The notes beneath the pieces were generated by a model. The model searched no databases. It was not told the origin of the DNA and saw only the letters and a list, made by a program, of their open reading frames with translations. Positions 9,237-19,340 of a stretch of DNA of 47,648 nucleotides are shown here, in pieces (within the stretch, counting starts at the first letter, position 1; each line of letters begins with the position of its first letter). Source of the stretch: Anaerolineae bacterium (lineage in GTDB: Bacteria > Chloroflexota > Anaerolineae > UBA1429); the NCBI GenBank assembly GCA_021162655.1, contig JAGGYI010000083.1, forward strand, positions 1 to 47,648, read 5' to 3'. Both the position numbers and the translations under genes were made by a program.

Positions 9237-9713
9237 ATGATTCGAGCATATAAACCGGAGGACCTACCCATTATCATGGATATAGGCAACAGGGCCTGGA
9301 GAGAAATCTACCGAATGTTTCGCGAAACGTATGGCGATGAGCTTTTTTCTCTCCTTGTTCCAAACGAGAAAACTGCCAAGGGAGAGCAGATCAAAGCTCA
9401 TTGTGAAAAACACCCTGAATGGGTCTTTATCTGTGAAGAAAAGGGTAAAATCGTGGGGTTTGTCACTTTTACCCTTGACTATGAGAAAAGAATCGGTGAA
9501 ATAAGGAACAACGCCCGAGATCCCGATTGTAAACTCAAAGGGATCGGCCAGCAGATGTATCAAGCCGTTTTTGACTACTTTCGCGCTCACGGGATGCTTT
9601 ATGCCAAGGTAGGCACGGGCCTAGATTACGCCCATGCGCCCGCCCGAAGAGCCTATGAGCGAGCCGGCTTTAACATCCATCATGAAGACATCACTTATTA
9701 CAAAAAGCTTTGA
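9237..9713 (+). CDS. GNAT family N-acetyltransferase
   Basis: IVGFVT, KGIGQQMY (motif A), ARRAYERAGF; RBS GAGGT before ATG 9237. Confidence 0.88.
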   Translation: MIRAYKPEDLPIIMDIGNRAWREIYRMFRETYGDELFSLLVPNEKTAKGEQIKAHCEKHPEWVFICEEKGKIVGFVTFTLDYEKRIGEIRNNARDPDCKLKGIGQQMYQAVFDYFRAHGMLYAKVGTGLDYAHAPARRAYERAGFNIHHEDITYYKKL

Positions 9714-9742
9714 CATCACAATAGCCACTAGGAGGTCCCAAA

Positions 9743-10975
9743 ATGCCTGCTTCGCAAAAACCCCAAGTGCGCGCTGTCTTTTGCGACCATCGAGCAACAG
9801 ACGAGGAGGTTTACTCCGCGCTCAAGAGAGCAACCGACCCTCTCACTAGAGCTTGGGCCAAGCTCGAAAAAGCGGAGCGGATCACTATAAAATTCAATCA
9901 GTGTATCGAGCCAAATAAACTTGTTCGTTTTCATGGCAATTTCCAAGAGTTGGTGGATCCTAAAGTTGCTAGAGCCCTATTGCGTCTCCTTCGTGAGAGG
10001 ACCCACGCCGAAATCATTTGCACGGATGTAAGTAGCCGGGCCCACAGCTCCGGACTCAAAGTAGAGGACACACTGAGCCTGCTTCCGGTCCTCCGAGAAT
10101 TCGATGTTCCTTTTATTAACGGGAACGAGCCTCCTCTAAAGACATACCCCGTTCCCGGAGGAGGGCTCATGTTCCGCCAATATTTGCTCTCGCCCGCTGC
10201 CGTAGAAACGGACGCCTTTATCTCGGTTCAGAAAATGAAGAACCATGCTTTCATGGGGATTACTCTCTGCCTCAAGAACCTTTTTGGGCTTCCCCCTACA
10301 GAACCCCATGGCCGCTCTCGGAGGTATTTCCATCACCTCGTCCGGCTTCCCTACGTCATTGCCGATTTGGGCCAGATCGTGCAACCCACATTGAGCGTCA
10401 TCGACGCCCTTGTTGGCCAAGCAGGGCGAGAATGGGGTGGCGAAGGGCGCATCTGCAACACTCTCATCGCAGGGGATCAAGTAGTAGCCACTGACGCCTG
10501 CGGCACATATCTCATGGGGCACGACCCCTTGGCAGATTGGCCCCAACCTCCTTTTCTTCGTGACCGCAATGCCCTCCTCGTCGCCCATGAGAGTGGCTTT
10601 GGCACCGCAGATCTCTCGGCCATTGATTTCCAGTCCGAAGTAGAACCACCCGTAGCCTCTTTCTTCACTTATGAGATCGATCCACAGGAGACAATCGCCG
10701 CTTGGCTGCGTTCCACCTGTGAGCAAGCCCTTTACTACCGAGACAATCGGGAAAAATTCATCGAAAAATATGCCGGAGAATACATCCTCCTTCAGGACTA
10801 TGAAGTCGTCTGGCACGATCGCTTTAGCGAATTCCACCAGAGCCGACGAGACCTTGCTGGCCCAAGGAAAAAAAGTGCCCTTTGGTTCAAACTCGTCGAT
10901 CCAGAAGAGGCTGAAGGGGAACATTTCGAAGTCTACGAACGCACTTTGGCCTTGCTGAAAGAAAAAGGATTCTAA
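9743..10975 (+). CDS. DUF362 domain protein with C-terminal DUF5678-like domain
   Basis: IKFN, KMKNH...TLCLKNLFG, IDALVG, DQVVATD motifs; C-terminal EKYAGEYILLQDYEVV; RBS AGGAGG. Confidence 0.8.
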   Translation: MPASQKPQVRAVFCDHRATDEEVYSALKRATDPLTRAWAKLEKAERITIKFNQCIEPNKLVRFHGNFQELVDPKVARALLRLLRERTHAEIICTDVSSRAHSSGLKVEDTLSLLPVLREFDVPFINGNEPPLKTYPVPGGGLMFRQYLLSPAAVETDAFISVQKMKNHAFMGITLCLKNLFGLPPTEPHGRSRRYFHHLVRLPYVIADLGQIVQPTLSVIDALVGQAGREWGGEGRICNTLIAGDQVVATDACGTYLMGHDPLADWPQPPFLRDRNALLVAHESGFGTADLSAIDFQSEVEPPVASFFTYEIDPQETIAAWLRSTCEQALYYRDNREKFIEKYAGEYILLQDYEVVWHDRFSEFHQSRRDLAGPRKKSALWFKLVDPEEAEGEHFEVYERTLALLKEKGF

Positions 10976-10994
10976 ACAAGGAGCTTTGAGGAAA

Positions 10995-12488
10995 ATGGCA
11001 GAAGTGACAAGACCAAATATCCTTATCTTTATGAACGACCAAGAACAGGGCGCTGTATTGGACCCAGACCATCCCTGCCGCACTCCAAATGCAGATCGCC
11101 TTGCTAGGGAAGGTATCCGTTTTTCCCACACTTATACAATAGCAGCCCATTGCTGCCCCTCAAGGGCCACGTTCATGACGGGGCTCTATCCAAGCCACCA
11201 TGGGATTTTTAATAACGTGCTCACCGATACGGCCATCCATACCTCTCTCCCTGCCGGCATCGTGACATTCAGTGAGGTGCTCAAGCAGAACGGTTACGAA
11301 CTGGCCTTTTCAGGGAAATGGCATGTTTGCCGGGATGAACAGCCCAAGGATCGAGGCTGGAAGCAATACCGCGCTACAGCTATCGGAGGAGAGCAACACG
11401 GTCCCCGAGCTCAGCAGTTCTTTGAATTTGCCCACCAAGCCGCAGGGGAAAATGCTCCACGTCGCAGAGGTGAACTCCTGCGGCCAGGCTGGGGACGCTA
11501 CCGCCTTTATGGCACAAGTGAGCCCCGTCCAGAGACAGACCCCTTTACCCCAGGCGATCTTCTTACAGTCCAAACAGGTATTCAAGCCCTCTATGATCTC
11601 GCTCAACAGTCCAAACCTTGGTGCCTCTTCATAGGTCCCTCGGGGCCTCACGACCCCTACATCATCCCCGAAAAGTACGCTACAATGTACGACCCTTCCC
11701 AAGTAGAGCTGCCTCCCAGCTTTTACGACAACCTTCAAGACAAACCCCGCATTTACCAACGGCAAAGACGCTTTTGGTCTCAACTGACAGAAGAGGAATA
11801 CAGAGAAGCTATCGCTCATTATTGGGGCTATTGCACTATGCAGGACGATTTCCTCGGCATGGTTCTCGACGCGCTAGAAAAGACTGGGCAAGCCGAGAAC
11901 ACCTTGGTCATCTTTATGTCTGACCATGGAGATTATGTCGGGGCCCACGGCCTCTTTATGAAAGGGGTTGCCGCTTTCGATGAATGCTACCGCATCCCTT
12001 GTGTCATGCGCTGGCCCAAAGGGATCGCTAACCCTGGTCGCGTTGTCGATGAATTCGTTACCCTCGCAGACTTTGCTCCGACTTTTGCAGAACTGGCAGG
12101 CGCTAGCATGCCCCAAACTAGTGGACGTAGTTTACTCCCTTTGCTCAGGGGAGAAACCCCCTCCGACTGGCCCGATGCTGTCTACAGCCAGTTCAATGGC
12201 GTGGAGCTGTATTATTCTCAGCGCTTTGTGCTAACAAAGGAATGGAAATACGTCTACAACGGGTTTGACTTTGACGAGCTTTATAACCTTCAAGAGGATC
12301 CCCACTGCATGCGTAACCTGGCGGGAGATCCCCGTTACCGACCCATCATCGAGGAAATGTGCAAAAAGATGTGGCGCAAAGCATACCTGGAAAAAGATTT
12401 CATCTTTAACTCTTACCCTACAGTTAGCATGGCTCCCTTCGGGCCCCTTGCAGGGCTTCGAGATTGGGAAGGAGAACCCCAGGGGTAG
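10995..12488 (+). CDS. Sulfatase (Cys-type, choline-sulfatase-like)
   Basis: RPNILIFMNDQ, CCPSRATFMTG (CxPxR), GKWH, PHDP, SDHG, ELYNLQEDP; no signal peptide. Confidence 0.93.
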   Translation: MAEVTRPNILIFMNDQEQGAVLDPDHPCRTPNADRLAREGIRFSHTYTIAAHCCPSRATFMTGLYPSHHGIFNNVLTDTAIHTSLPAGIVTFSEVLKQNGYELAFSGKWHVCRDEQPKDRGWKQYRATAIGGEQHGPRAQQFFEFAHQAAGENAPRRRGELLRPGWGRYRLYGTSEPRPETDPFTPGDLLTVQTGIQALYDLAQQSKPWCLFIGPSGPHDPYIIPEKYATMYDPSQVELPPSFYDNLQDKPRIYQRQRRFWSQLTEEEYREAIAHYWGYCTMQDDFLGMVLDALEKTGQAENTLVIFMSDHGDYVGAHGLFMKGVAAFDECYRIPCVMRWPKGIANPGRVVDEFVTLADFAPTFAELAGASMPQTSGRSLLPLLRGETPSDWPDAVYSQFNGVELYYSQRFVLTKEWKYVYNGFDFDELYNLQEDPHCMRNLAGDPRYRPIIEEMCKKMWRKAYLEKDFIFNSYPTVSMAPFGPLAGLRDWEGEPQG

Positions 12489-12638
12489 GACTAGCGCCTG
12501 CCCCTCATGGTCACCTTTCCCAAAGTGACGTACACATAGATCATAGTTGACGCTAAATAACCTCTTTTTTACGGGGTCTTTGCGTTGCCCAAAGTATAAT
12601 AAATTGTCGATCAAAGAGACTTGGGCCAGGAGGGAAAC

Positions 12639-13697
12639 ATGCCTATGCAAATAAACATGCCCCGGGTTTTGGATTTTCTCACAGGGCTTTTGAACACTCC
12701 CAGCCCCACAGGCTATCACCAAGAAGTGAACGCCTATCTTTACCGTCTTTTGCAGTCTTTGAACTTCCCTGGCCTTATTCTAAAAGAGACCACCAAAGGT
12801 GCTCTCCTCGTCACACTAGAAGGACAACAGAGCACCTCTCCTCGTACTGTGGTAGCCCACGTAGATACGCTAGGAGCTATGGTGCGTGAGGTAAAAAGCA
12901 ACGGGCGGCTACTCCTCACTCAAATAGGCGGATATGCCTGGAATGCCGTCGAGGGGGAAAATGTTACCATCTACTGCATACGCAATGGGCGCCGCTACCG
13001 TGGCTCTATCCAAACAGTGAATCCCAGCATTCACACCAGCAAAGAGATGCGTAAAGGAAAGCGCGAGGACGAACGTATGGAAGTGCGTATCGACGCACGT
13101 ACCAAGAGCAAAGAGGAGACGCTGGCCTTGGGGATTGACGTAGGCGACTTTGTCTTCTTTGACCCACGCGTCGAGATCACCGACACTGGCTTTATCAAAA
13201 GCCGCCACCTGGACGATAAAGCCGGCGTTGCTGCCATGTATGGAGCCCTTCTTGCACTCAGAGAAGCAGACCTTCAACCTCGCCAACGGACCCACTTTTT
13301 CTTCAGCAACTACGAAGAGGTAGGCCACGGAGCCTCCGCCGGCATCCCTCCAGAGACAACCGAGCTTCTCGTCATTGACATGGCAGCAAGCACAACGGGT
13401 GAACATCAAAACTCGGATGAATTCTCTGTTGGTATCTGTGCCAAAGACTCCACAGGGCCCTACGACCTCGAAATGCGCAGAAAGCTCATCCAGCTCTGCG
13501 AAGAGCACAATATTCCCTACAAAGTTGATACCTATCCTCATTATGGCTCGGACGGGAGCGCCTTTCTCAGGGCAGGGGGAAACGTACGGGTTGGGCTCAT
13601 TGGGCCGGGAGTAGACGCCAGTCATGCTTACGAGCGAACCCACCGTGATAGCCTTGAGGCAACTATCCAGCTCCTCCTCCAATACCTGCTCTCATAG
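12639..13697 (+). CDS. M42 family metallopeptidase (YhfE-like)
   Basis: PSPTG, AHVDTLG, SRHLDDK, YEEVG, ASHAYER; RBS AGGAGG before ATG 12639. Confidence 0.92.
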   Translation: MPMQINMPRVLDFLTGLLNTPSPTGYHQEVNAYLYRLLQSLNFPGLILKETTKGALLVTLEGQQSTSPRTVVAHVDTLGAMVREVKSNGRLLLTQIGGYAWNAVEGENVTIYCIRNGRRYRGSIQTVNPSIHTSKEMRKGKREDERMEVRIDARTKSKEETLALGIDVGDFVFFDPRVEITDTGFIKSRHLDDKAGVAAMYGALLALREADLQPRQRTHFFFSNYEEVGHGASAGIPPETTELLVIDMAASTTGEHQNSDEFSVGICAKDSTGPYDLEMRRKLIQLCEEHNIPYKVDTYPHYGSDGSAFLRAGGNVRVGLIGPGVDASHAYERTHRDSLEATIQLLLQYLLS

Positions 13698-13755
13698 TCC
13701 TGTTAGACAAAACTCCCGCTCCCTTGTATCATTGAGAAAAAGGCTGGAGGTCTCT

Positions 13756-14952
13756 ATGGATATTCGTCAGGGAGAGGGGTATTTTGAACCGGAGCTCACG
13801 CCTCGAGAGCGCTTTAACCGTACGATGCATTATCAGCACGTTGACTATGTCTCCCATTTGGAGTTTGGTTACTGGCCTGAGCTCAAGGAAGACTGGTGGA
13901 AAGAAGGATTTCTTCCAGCTTCCTTCAAACAGCCCGATGGCTCCATTCCAGACCGTTTGGTAGAGGAGTTCTTTGGCATCGAACAGTTTGAAACTTTTAA
14001 TGCCCGGATCGGAGCGCTCCCCTTACGTCCCATTGAAATTGTGGAAGAGACTGAAACAACTGTTACTTTTCGCGACGGTTTGGGTGTTCTACGGCAAGAG
14101 CAGCGTACAGGTACCCGCACTATCCCTCACTTTCTCGAATTCCCCATTCATGACCGTGCCTCTTGGGAAGCCTTCCGCGACGAGTTCCTTGATCCCAACC
14201 ACCCCGCCCGAGTTATTCCGGAGGAAGAGCTCCGCGAAAAAGAAGAGATGAGCCGCAAGAGTACCAACCCTGTGAGCACATCTTTTGGCTCTTTCATTGG
14301 CTGGATTCGAGATTGGATGGGTTTTGAAACCCTTGCTTACACATCCATGGACGATCCAGACCTTATTGAGGAGATGGTCATCCATCTCTCTGAGATGCTC
14401 CTCCAGCTTTTACCAGAGGTCCTAGTGCGTGGGCAATTCGATGCCGCCGCCGGCTGGGAGGACATCTGCTTCAATAGCGGTCCCATTCTTAACCCTCGCT
14501 TCTTTGCAGAGCGCATCATGCCCCACATGCGTCCTGTTATGCACATGCTTCGCCAACACGGCATCGACGTCATCTGGACAGATTGTGATGGCAACGTACA
14601 AAAGCTCATCCCCCTCTGGCTGGACGTAGGGTTGAACTGCATGTTCCCTCTGGAAGTCCATGCAGGGAACGACCCGGTTGCCCTTAAAAAAGAGTATGGC
14701 CGGGATCTCCTGATCCGCGGGGGGTTCAACAAGTTTGTCCTTTACGAGGGCCGAGAAGCCATTATTAAAGAACTCGAACGCTTGGAACCCGCTGTTGCCG
14801 AAGGAGGATTTATTCCCCATGTCGACCATCGCTGCCCTGGCGGCGTTTCCTTTGATACATATTGCTACTATATCTGGGAAAAATGCCACATGCTGGGTTG
14901 GCCAGAGGAAAAGATCAAATCCTTCCCTGCTTTACAGCACTGGAGCCCTTGA
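13756..14952 (+). CDS. Uroporphyrinogen decarboxylase (URO-D)/MtaA-like family protein
   Basis: LTPRERF, WEDICFNSGP, DCDGN, FPLEV, GGFNK, GGFIPHVDH; RBS GGAGG before ATG 13756. Confidence 0.85.
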   Translation: MDIRQGEGYFEPELTPRERFNRTMHYQHVDYVSHLEFGYWPELKEDWWKEGFLPASFKQPDGSIPDRLVEEFFGIEQFETFNARIGALPLRPIEIVEETETTVTFRDGLGVLRQEQRTGTRTIPHFLEFPIHDRASWEAFRDEFLDPNHPARVIPEEELREKEEMSRKSTNPVSTSFGSFIGWIRDWMGFETLAYTSMDDPDLIEEMVIHLSEMLLQLLPEVLVRGQFDAAAGWEDICFNSGPILNPRFFAERIMPHMRPVMHMLRQHGIDVIWTDCDGNVQKLIPLWLDVGLNCMFPLEVHAGNDPVALKKEYGRDLLIRGGFNKFVLYEGREAIIKELERLEPAVAEGGFIPHVDHRCPGGVSFDTYCYYIWEKCHMLGWPEEKIKSFPALQHWSP

Positions 14953-15059
14953 CGCCGATCCATCGGCCAAGAGCCCCTAGTTCAATCTTTGCTCGGTTAA
15001 ATCACTACGCACCTTCCCAGCACATGTAAAAAAACATTTGAAAGAAGGTCTCCCGGTAA

Positions 15060-16118
15060 ATGAAAAGCCAGATAATCCTTTTGCTCATAACATTGGCTAC
15101 CCTCCTAAGCGGCTGTACGAGCCTACCTGGAAGCTCTCCTATCGCCTCGCCGACTGCCCAGCCAAAGATCTCCCCACCGGCGAGTCCGGCAGAGGCAACG
15201 CCTACTCTTCCACCACCAGAGAAGATGCCTACAGCCAAGCCCCTTTGGTCGCCAACGCCTCCTCCTACCCCCACCCAGGCGCTCACGACCAAAACCGAAG
15301 CGTCGCCAACCCTAACGCCTTTCGACCCAGCTGTTGCAGCCCTTGTCAATGGCCAAGCCATCCAGATGGCCGATTACGAACAGCGCCTTTCCCAAGCCCA
15401 AGTTTACTTTGCTAAACAGCCCGGCTTTGACCCCCAGAGCCCAGAAGGGGAAAAAGCGCTCCAGCAACTGCGTGCCCAAGTGCTTCAATGGATGATCGAC
15501 CAAATACTCATCGAACAGGCAGCAGCCAAATTGGGCATTCAGATAACAGAACAACAAGTAGAAGAGCAGATCACCCGCATGAAAGGCTCCGATGAAGCCC
15601 GTTTCCAAAAGTGGCTGGCAGCCAATGGCCTCACCATTGAGGCACTGAAGCAGCAAGTGCGGATGGATTTAATCACTACAGCTGTTCGGGATCACGTCAC
15701 GGCCTCCGTCCCCCGCGAGGCTCCCCAAGTCCACGTACGCCACATTCTTCTCTCCCAAGAGAACGCGGCTCGCCAGGTATTACAAAAGCTACAACGTGGA
15801 GAAGACTTTGCACGTCTTGCCCAGGAATATTCCGAGGACGAGACCACTCGAACCAACGGAGGAGATCTTGGGTTCCTTCCCCGCGGGGTAATGCCCCCCG
15901 CCTTTGATCAAGCCGCTTTCTCCCTCCAGCCAGGTGAAATCAGTGGCATTGTACGTAGTGAGTTTGGTTACCATATCATTCAAGTCATTGAGGTAGCAGC
16001 AAAGCGCCCAGTCCCTGAGGAACTTTGGCCTATGGTGCAACAGCAAGCCTTTGAGAAATGGCTTGCCCAACAACGATCCCGTGCTCAAATCGTCCTCAAT
16101 CCTTCCCTGAAGCAGTGA
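15060..16118 (+). CDS. PrsA/SurA-like peptidyl-prolyl isomerase lipoprotein (foldase)
   Basis: Lipobox LLSGC, PT-rich linker, AALVNGQAI, VRHILL...FARLAQEYSED...GGDLG...FDQAAFSL...SEFGYHII parvulin motifs. Confidence 0.92.
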   Translation: MKSQIILLLITLATLLSGCTSLPGSSPIASPTAQPKISPPASPAEATPTLPPPEKMPTAKPLWSPTPPPTPTQALTTKTEASPTLTPFDPAVAALVNGQAIQMADYEQRLSQAQVYFAKQPGFDPQSPEGEKALQQLRAQVLQWMIDQILIEQAAAKLGIQITEQQVEEQITRMKGSDEARFQKWLAANGLTIEALKQQVRMDLITTAVRDHVTASVPREAPQVHVRHILLSQENAARQVLQKLQRGEDFARLAQEYSEDETTRTNGGDLGFLPRGVMPPAFDQAAFSLQPGEISGIVRSEFGYHIIQVIEVAAKRPVPEELWPMVQQQAFEKWLAQQRSRAQIVLNPSLKQ

Positions 16119-16154
16119 GAATAACCTCGCAATCACGAGGAGATAGTTTGCAAC

Positions 16155-16793
16155 ATGGAAATCACTTGGTATGGTCAATCCTGTTTTCGTTTACGAGACC
16201 ACGGACGCTCGGTCGTCACAGATCCTTACAGCCCGGAGATCGGTCTGAAACTTCCTCGGATCAGCGCAACGATCGTTACCGTCAGCCACCAACATGCAGA
16301 CCACAACCACGTCCAGGCTATTAGAGGGAAACCTTACATCATCTCCGGGCCAGGGGAATATGAGGTAGGAGGCATCTTTGTCATTGGCGTTGCCACGTAT
16401 CACGACACCAGAAAAGGTCAAGAAAGAGGCAAAAACACAGCCTATTTGATAGAGTTCGAGGACCTCACTATCTGTCATTTGGGGGATCTGGGTCATATCC
16501 CCTCTCAAGAGCAGATTGAACAGTTTAACGATATCGATATCTTACTTATCCCAGTGGGTGGAAGAACTACCTTGACAGGCACCCGCGCAGCAGAGGTAGT
16601 GAACCTGCTGGAACCCAAGATCGTCATCCCTATGCATTATAAAATCCCGGGGATCAAAGCCCGAATAGAGACAGCTTCACGTTTTCTCAAAGAGATGGCT
16701 GTTGAAAAACCAACAAAAGTGGAAACCTTGAAAATCACCAAAGGGCAACTCCCCGAGGAAACTCGTATCATTATCTTGGAGCCTAAACAATGA
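16155..16793 (+). CDS. MBL-fold metallohydrolase (Lactamase_B_3-like)
   Basis: [31 protein letters not shown]. Confidence 0.9.
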   Translation: MEITWYGQSCFRLRDHGRSVVTDPYSPEIGLKLPRISATIVTVSHQHADHNHVQAIRGKPYIISGPGEYEVGGIFVIGVATYHDTRKGQERGKNTAYLIEFEDLTICHLGDLGHIPSQEQIEQFNDIDILLIPVGGRTTLTGTRAAEVVNLLEPKIVIPMHYKIPGIKARIETASRFLKEMAVEKPTKVETLKITKGQLPEETRIIILEPKQ

Positions 16794-17386
16794 ACGAGAT
16801 CAGTCCTCAGGCCATCGACAAGGAGCGGATTCGTCGCGCTATCCGCGAGATTCTTATTGCAATCGGAGAGGATCCTGACCGCGAAGGTCTTTTGCGCACC
16901 CCCGAGCGCATCGCCGATATGTATGCCGAGATCTTTGCTGGACTTCACCAAGATCCAGCCAGTGTCCTCAGCGTCAGTTTTGAAGAAGACCACCGAGAGA
17001 TGGTGATTCTGCGCGACATTCCTTTTTATTCCATGTGCGAACATCACCTTCTCCCCTTTCACGGCAAGGCACACATCGGCTATATCCCCAAGGGAAAGGT
17101 CGTTGGCATCAGCAAGCTCGCTCGCGTCGTCGAGATCTTTGCCAGGCGTCCTCAACTACAAGAGCGCCTCACATCCCAGATTGCCGACGCCATAATGGAG
17201 TACATCCAACCCTATGGGGTGGGTGTCGTTGTAGAAGCAGAGCACCTCTGCATGACAATGCGAGGAATCAAAAAACCAGGTAGCCTAGTCGTCACCTCGG
17301 CAAATAGGGGAATCTTTTTGACAAGGAGAGAAACCAGAGCCGAGTTTCTTTCCCTCATCGATAAGCCTTGCGTCACCGGAGGATGA
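16790..17386 (+). CDS. folE: GTP cyclohydrolase I
   Basis: [44 protein letters not shown]. Confidence 0.97.
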   Translation: MNEISPQAIDKERIRRAIREILIAIGEDPDREGLLRTPERIADMYAEIFAGLHQDPASVLSVSFEEDHREMVILRDIPFYSMCEHHLLPFHGKAHIGYIPKGKVVGISKLARVVEIFARRPQLQERLTSQIADAIMEYIQPYGVGVVVEAEHLCMTMRGIKKPGSLVVTSANRGIFLTRRETRAEFLSLIDKPCVTGG

Positions 17387-17403
17387 TAAAGGAGCCAGAT
17401 ATC

Positions 17404-18072
17404 ATGAAGAAAACCCTTCGCATCCTTGCCTTTGGGTTTATATTTGCTCTTACCCTCTGGGTAGGGATGGGTTGCTCCTCATCCACCACGCCCCTTCCCT
17501 CTAGTGATTCACAGGTTCTTCTTGAAGAAGCACAAAAAGCCATCGATGCCCAGGACTGGGAAACAGCGATCTCCAAACTCGAAGAAGTTTTGCGTTCCAC
17601 GCCAAACTCTGCCAAAGCTCACTTTCTTTTAGGGAACGTCTACGCCCAACAAGATCAATTTACCAAAGCAGAGGAACACTTCAATAAAGCCCTCGAGTTA
17701 GATCCCAAATATGTTGATGCGCGTTCTAACCTTGGGGTTGTCTACTACCGGCAAGGAAAGCTTCAAGAGGCGGAAAAAGCCTTCCGCACTGCCCTTACAC
17801 AAAGCCCTAACGATGCAGAGATTCACTACAACTTGGGGGGCGTTCTTGTAGCGCTCAACAAACTTGATGAAGCCATCAGCGAGTTTCGTCGGGCCCAGGA
17901 GATTAATCCCTCACTTGCGGAACCTTACTTGGGGCTGGGTAGCGTCTACAAAATGCAAAACAAAAGGGAAGAGGCCCTGGCCGCTTTCAAACGGTACTTG
18001 GAGCTATCTCAAGACCCTGTCTGGAAGGAAAAAGTCAAGCAGATGATCCAGGAAATGGGAGGGCAGCCGTGA
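17404..18072 (+). CDS. TPR-repeat lipoprotein
   Basis: Signal peptide with VGMGC lipobox; about 5 TPRs (AHFLLGNVY, ARSNLGVVY, IHYNLGGVL, PYLGLGSVY). Confidence 0.88.
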   Translation: MKKTLRILAFGFIFALTLWVGMGCSSSTTPLPSSDSQVLLEEAQKAIDAQDWETAISKLEEVLRSTPNSAKAHFLLGNVYAQQDQFTKAEEHFNKALELDPKYVDARSNLGVVYYRQGKLQEAEKAFRTALTQSPNDAEIHYNLGGVLVALNKLDEAISEFRRAQEINPSLAEPYLGLGSVYKMQNKREEALAAFKRYLELSQDPVWKEKVKQMIQEMGGQP

Positions 18073-19340
18073 GCCGTTATAATGTTCGCTTCCTCCGCTG
18101 CGACTCCTCTGAGGAACTCTCCAAGGAGCTCCAAACTATAGGGGTGGATCCTCAAGGCGTTACAATTATGACTCCGAAAGGGCGTTTCTACCTGATTAAA
18201 CTTGAGCGAGTTGGCTTTGCCGCTGCAAACATTCTTAAACAAGAGATGCTTGCCAAAGGAGGAGAAGCAGCTATCTCTGGAAGCATCTATTTCAGCAAAG
18301 AGGAAACCACTGATGCACTTCTCCTTACCACAGAACGCACATTAAAGCGAGTCATTCAGAACCTAAAAGCCCAACCTCTTCCCAGCCTTCAGGAAATGGC
18401 ACAAGAGCTCTCTACTGCTCTAGATCAGTACACCCAAAGATATGTTGCGCCCTCTTGCCGAATAGGTTCTAGAGAGTTTTTCTGGGGCGAAAGAACATAC
18501 ATCATGGGCATTATCAACGTCACTCCAGATTCTTTCTCTGGAGACGGACTCTTGCGCGACGCTTCCCCGGCGGAAATGATCGATAAAGCCGTTGAACAAG
18601 CGCTAGCCTTTATCGATCAAGGGGCTGACATTATTGACATAGGAGGAGAATCTACTCGCCCCGGAGCTTCTCCCATCGGTGCCGAGACCGAACGCGCACG
18701 CACTGAGCCTGTCATCCGCAAACTGCGAACTCTGACAGATGTTCCCATCTCTATCGACACATACAAAGCCCCTGTTGCCGAAGCCGCCCTGGATGCGGGC
18801 GCCGACTTGGTCAACGACGTCTGGGGTTTGCAGATGGACCCCCGAATGGGTCCTCTAGTAGCCCGACGTGCTGTACCCGTTGTTCTCATGCATAACCGAA
18901 GCAAACCCAAGAATGCTGCCCAGGAAGATCGCCTCGGAGGACGCTATATAGGGATTCACTACGATGACCTTATGGCCGATATTCTTCGCGAGCTACGGCA
19001 ACTGGTCGCCCAGGCTTTACAGTTTGGCATCGCGCCCGAACAAATCATCATCGACCCTGGTATCGGCTTTGGTAAAACAGTTGAGCAGAATCTCCAATTA
19101 CTCAATCATTTAGATGAGCTACGCGTACTAGGCTTTCCGATCCTCCTCGGCCCCTCCCGCAAATCTTTCATTGGCTACACTCTCGACCTACCCCCTGAGG
19201 AGCGGCTCGAGGGCACAGCCGCAGCCGTTGCCGTAAGCATTGTGCGCAACGGCGCTGATATTGTCCGCGTCCATGACGTTCAGGCGATCGCCCGGGTAGC
19301 AAAAATGACCGACGCCATCGTCAGAGCTGGATACCGATGA
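18069..19340 (+). CDS. folP: Dihydropteroate synthase with N-terminal extension
   Basis: IMGIINVTPDSFSGDG, IDIGGESTRPG, SIDT, IIDPGIGFGK, SRKSFIG, RVHDV. Confidence 0.97.
   Translation: MSRYNVRFLRCDSSEELSKELQTIGVDPQGVTIMTPKGRFYLIKLERVGFAAANILKQEMLAKGGEAAISGSIYFSKEETTDALLLTTERTLKRVIQNLKAQPLPSLQEMAQELSTALDQYTQRYVAPSCRIGSREFFWGERTYIMGIINVTPDSFSGDGLLRDASPAEMIDKAVEQALAFIDQGADIIDIGGESTRPGASPIGAETERARTEPVIRKLRTLTDVPISIDTYKAPVAEAALDAGADLVNDVWGLQMDPRMGPLVARRAVPVVLMHNRSKPKNAAQEDRLGGRYIGIHYDDLMADILRELRQLVAQALQFGIAPEQIIIDPGIGFGKTVEQNLQLLNHLDELRVLGFPILLGPSRKSFIGYTLDLPPEERLEGTAAAVAVSIVRNGADIVRVHDVQAIARVAKMTDAIVRAGYR

Noticed and set aside
10136-11131. 331-aa minus-strand ORF
   Set aside because: Antisense shadow of DUF362 and the sulfatase, with no recognisable motifs
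12512-12531. GTCAC-N10-GTGAC inverted repeat after the sulfatase
   Set aside because: Short, no T-tract and no second copy; cannot tell from chance
12909-13682. 257-aa minus-strand ORF
   Set aside because: Antisense shadow of the M42 peptidase
15023-15036. ATGT-A6-ACAT palindrome upstream of the foldase
   Set aside because: 4-bp arms are expected by chance
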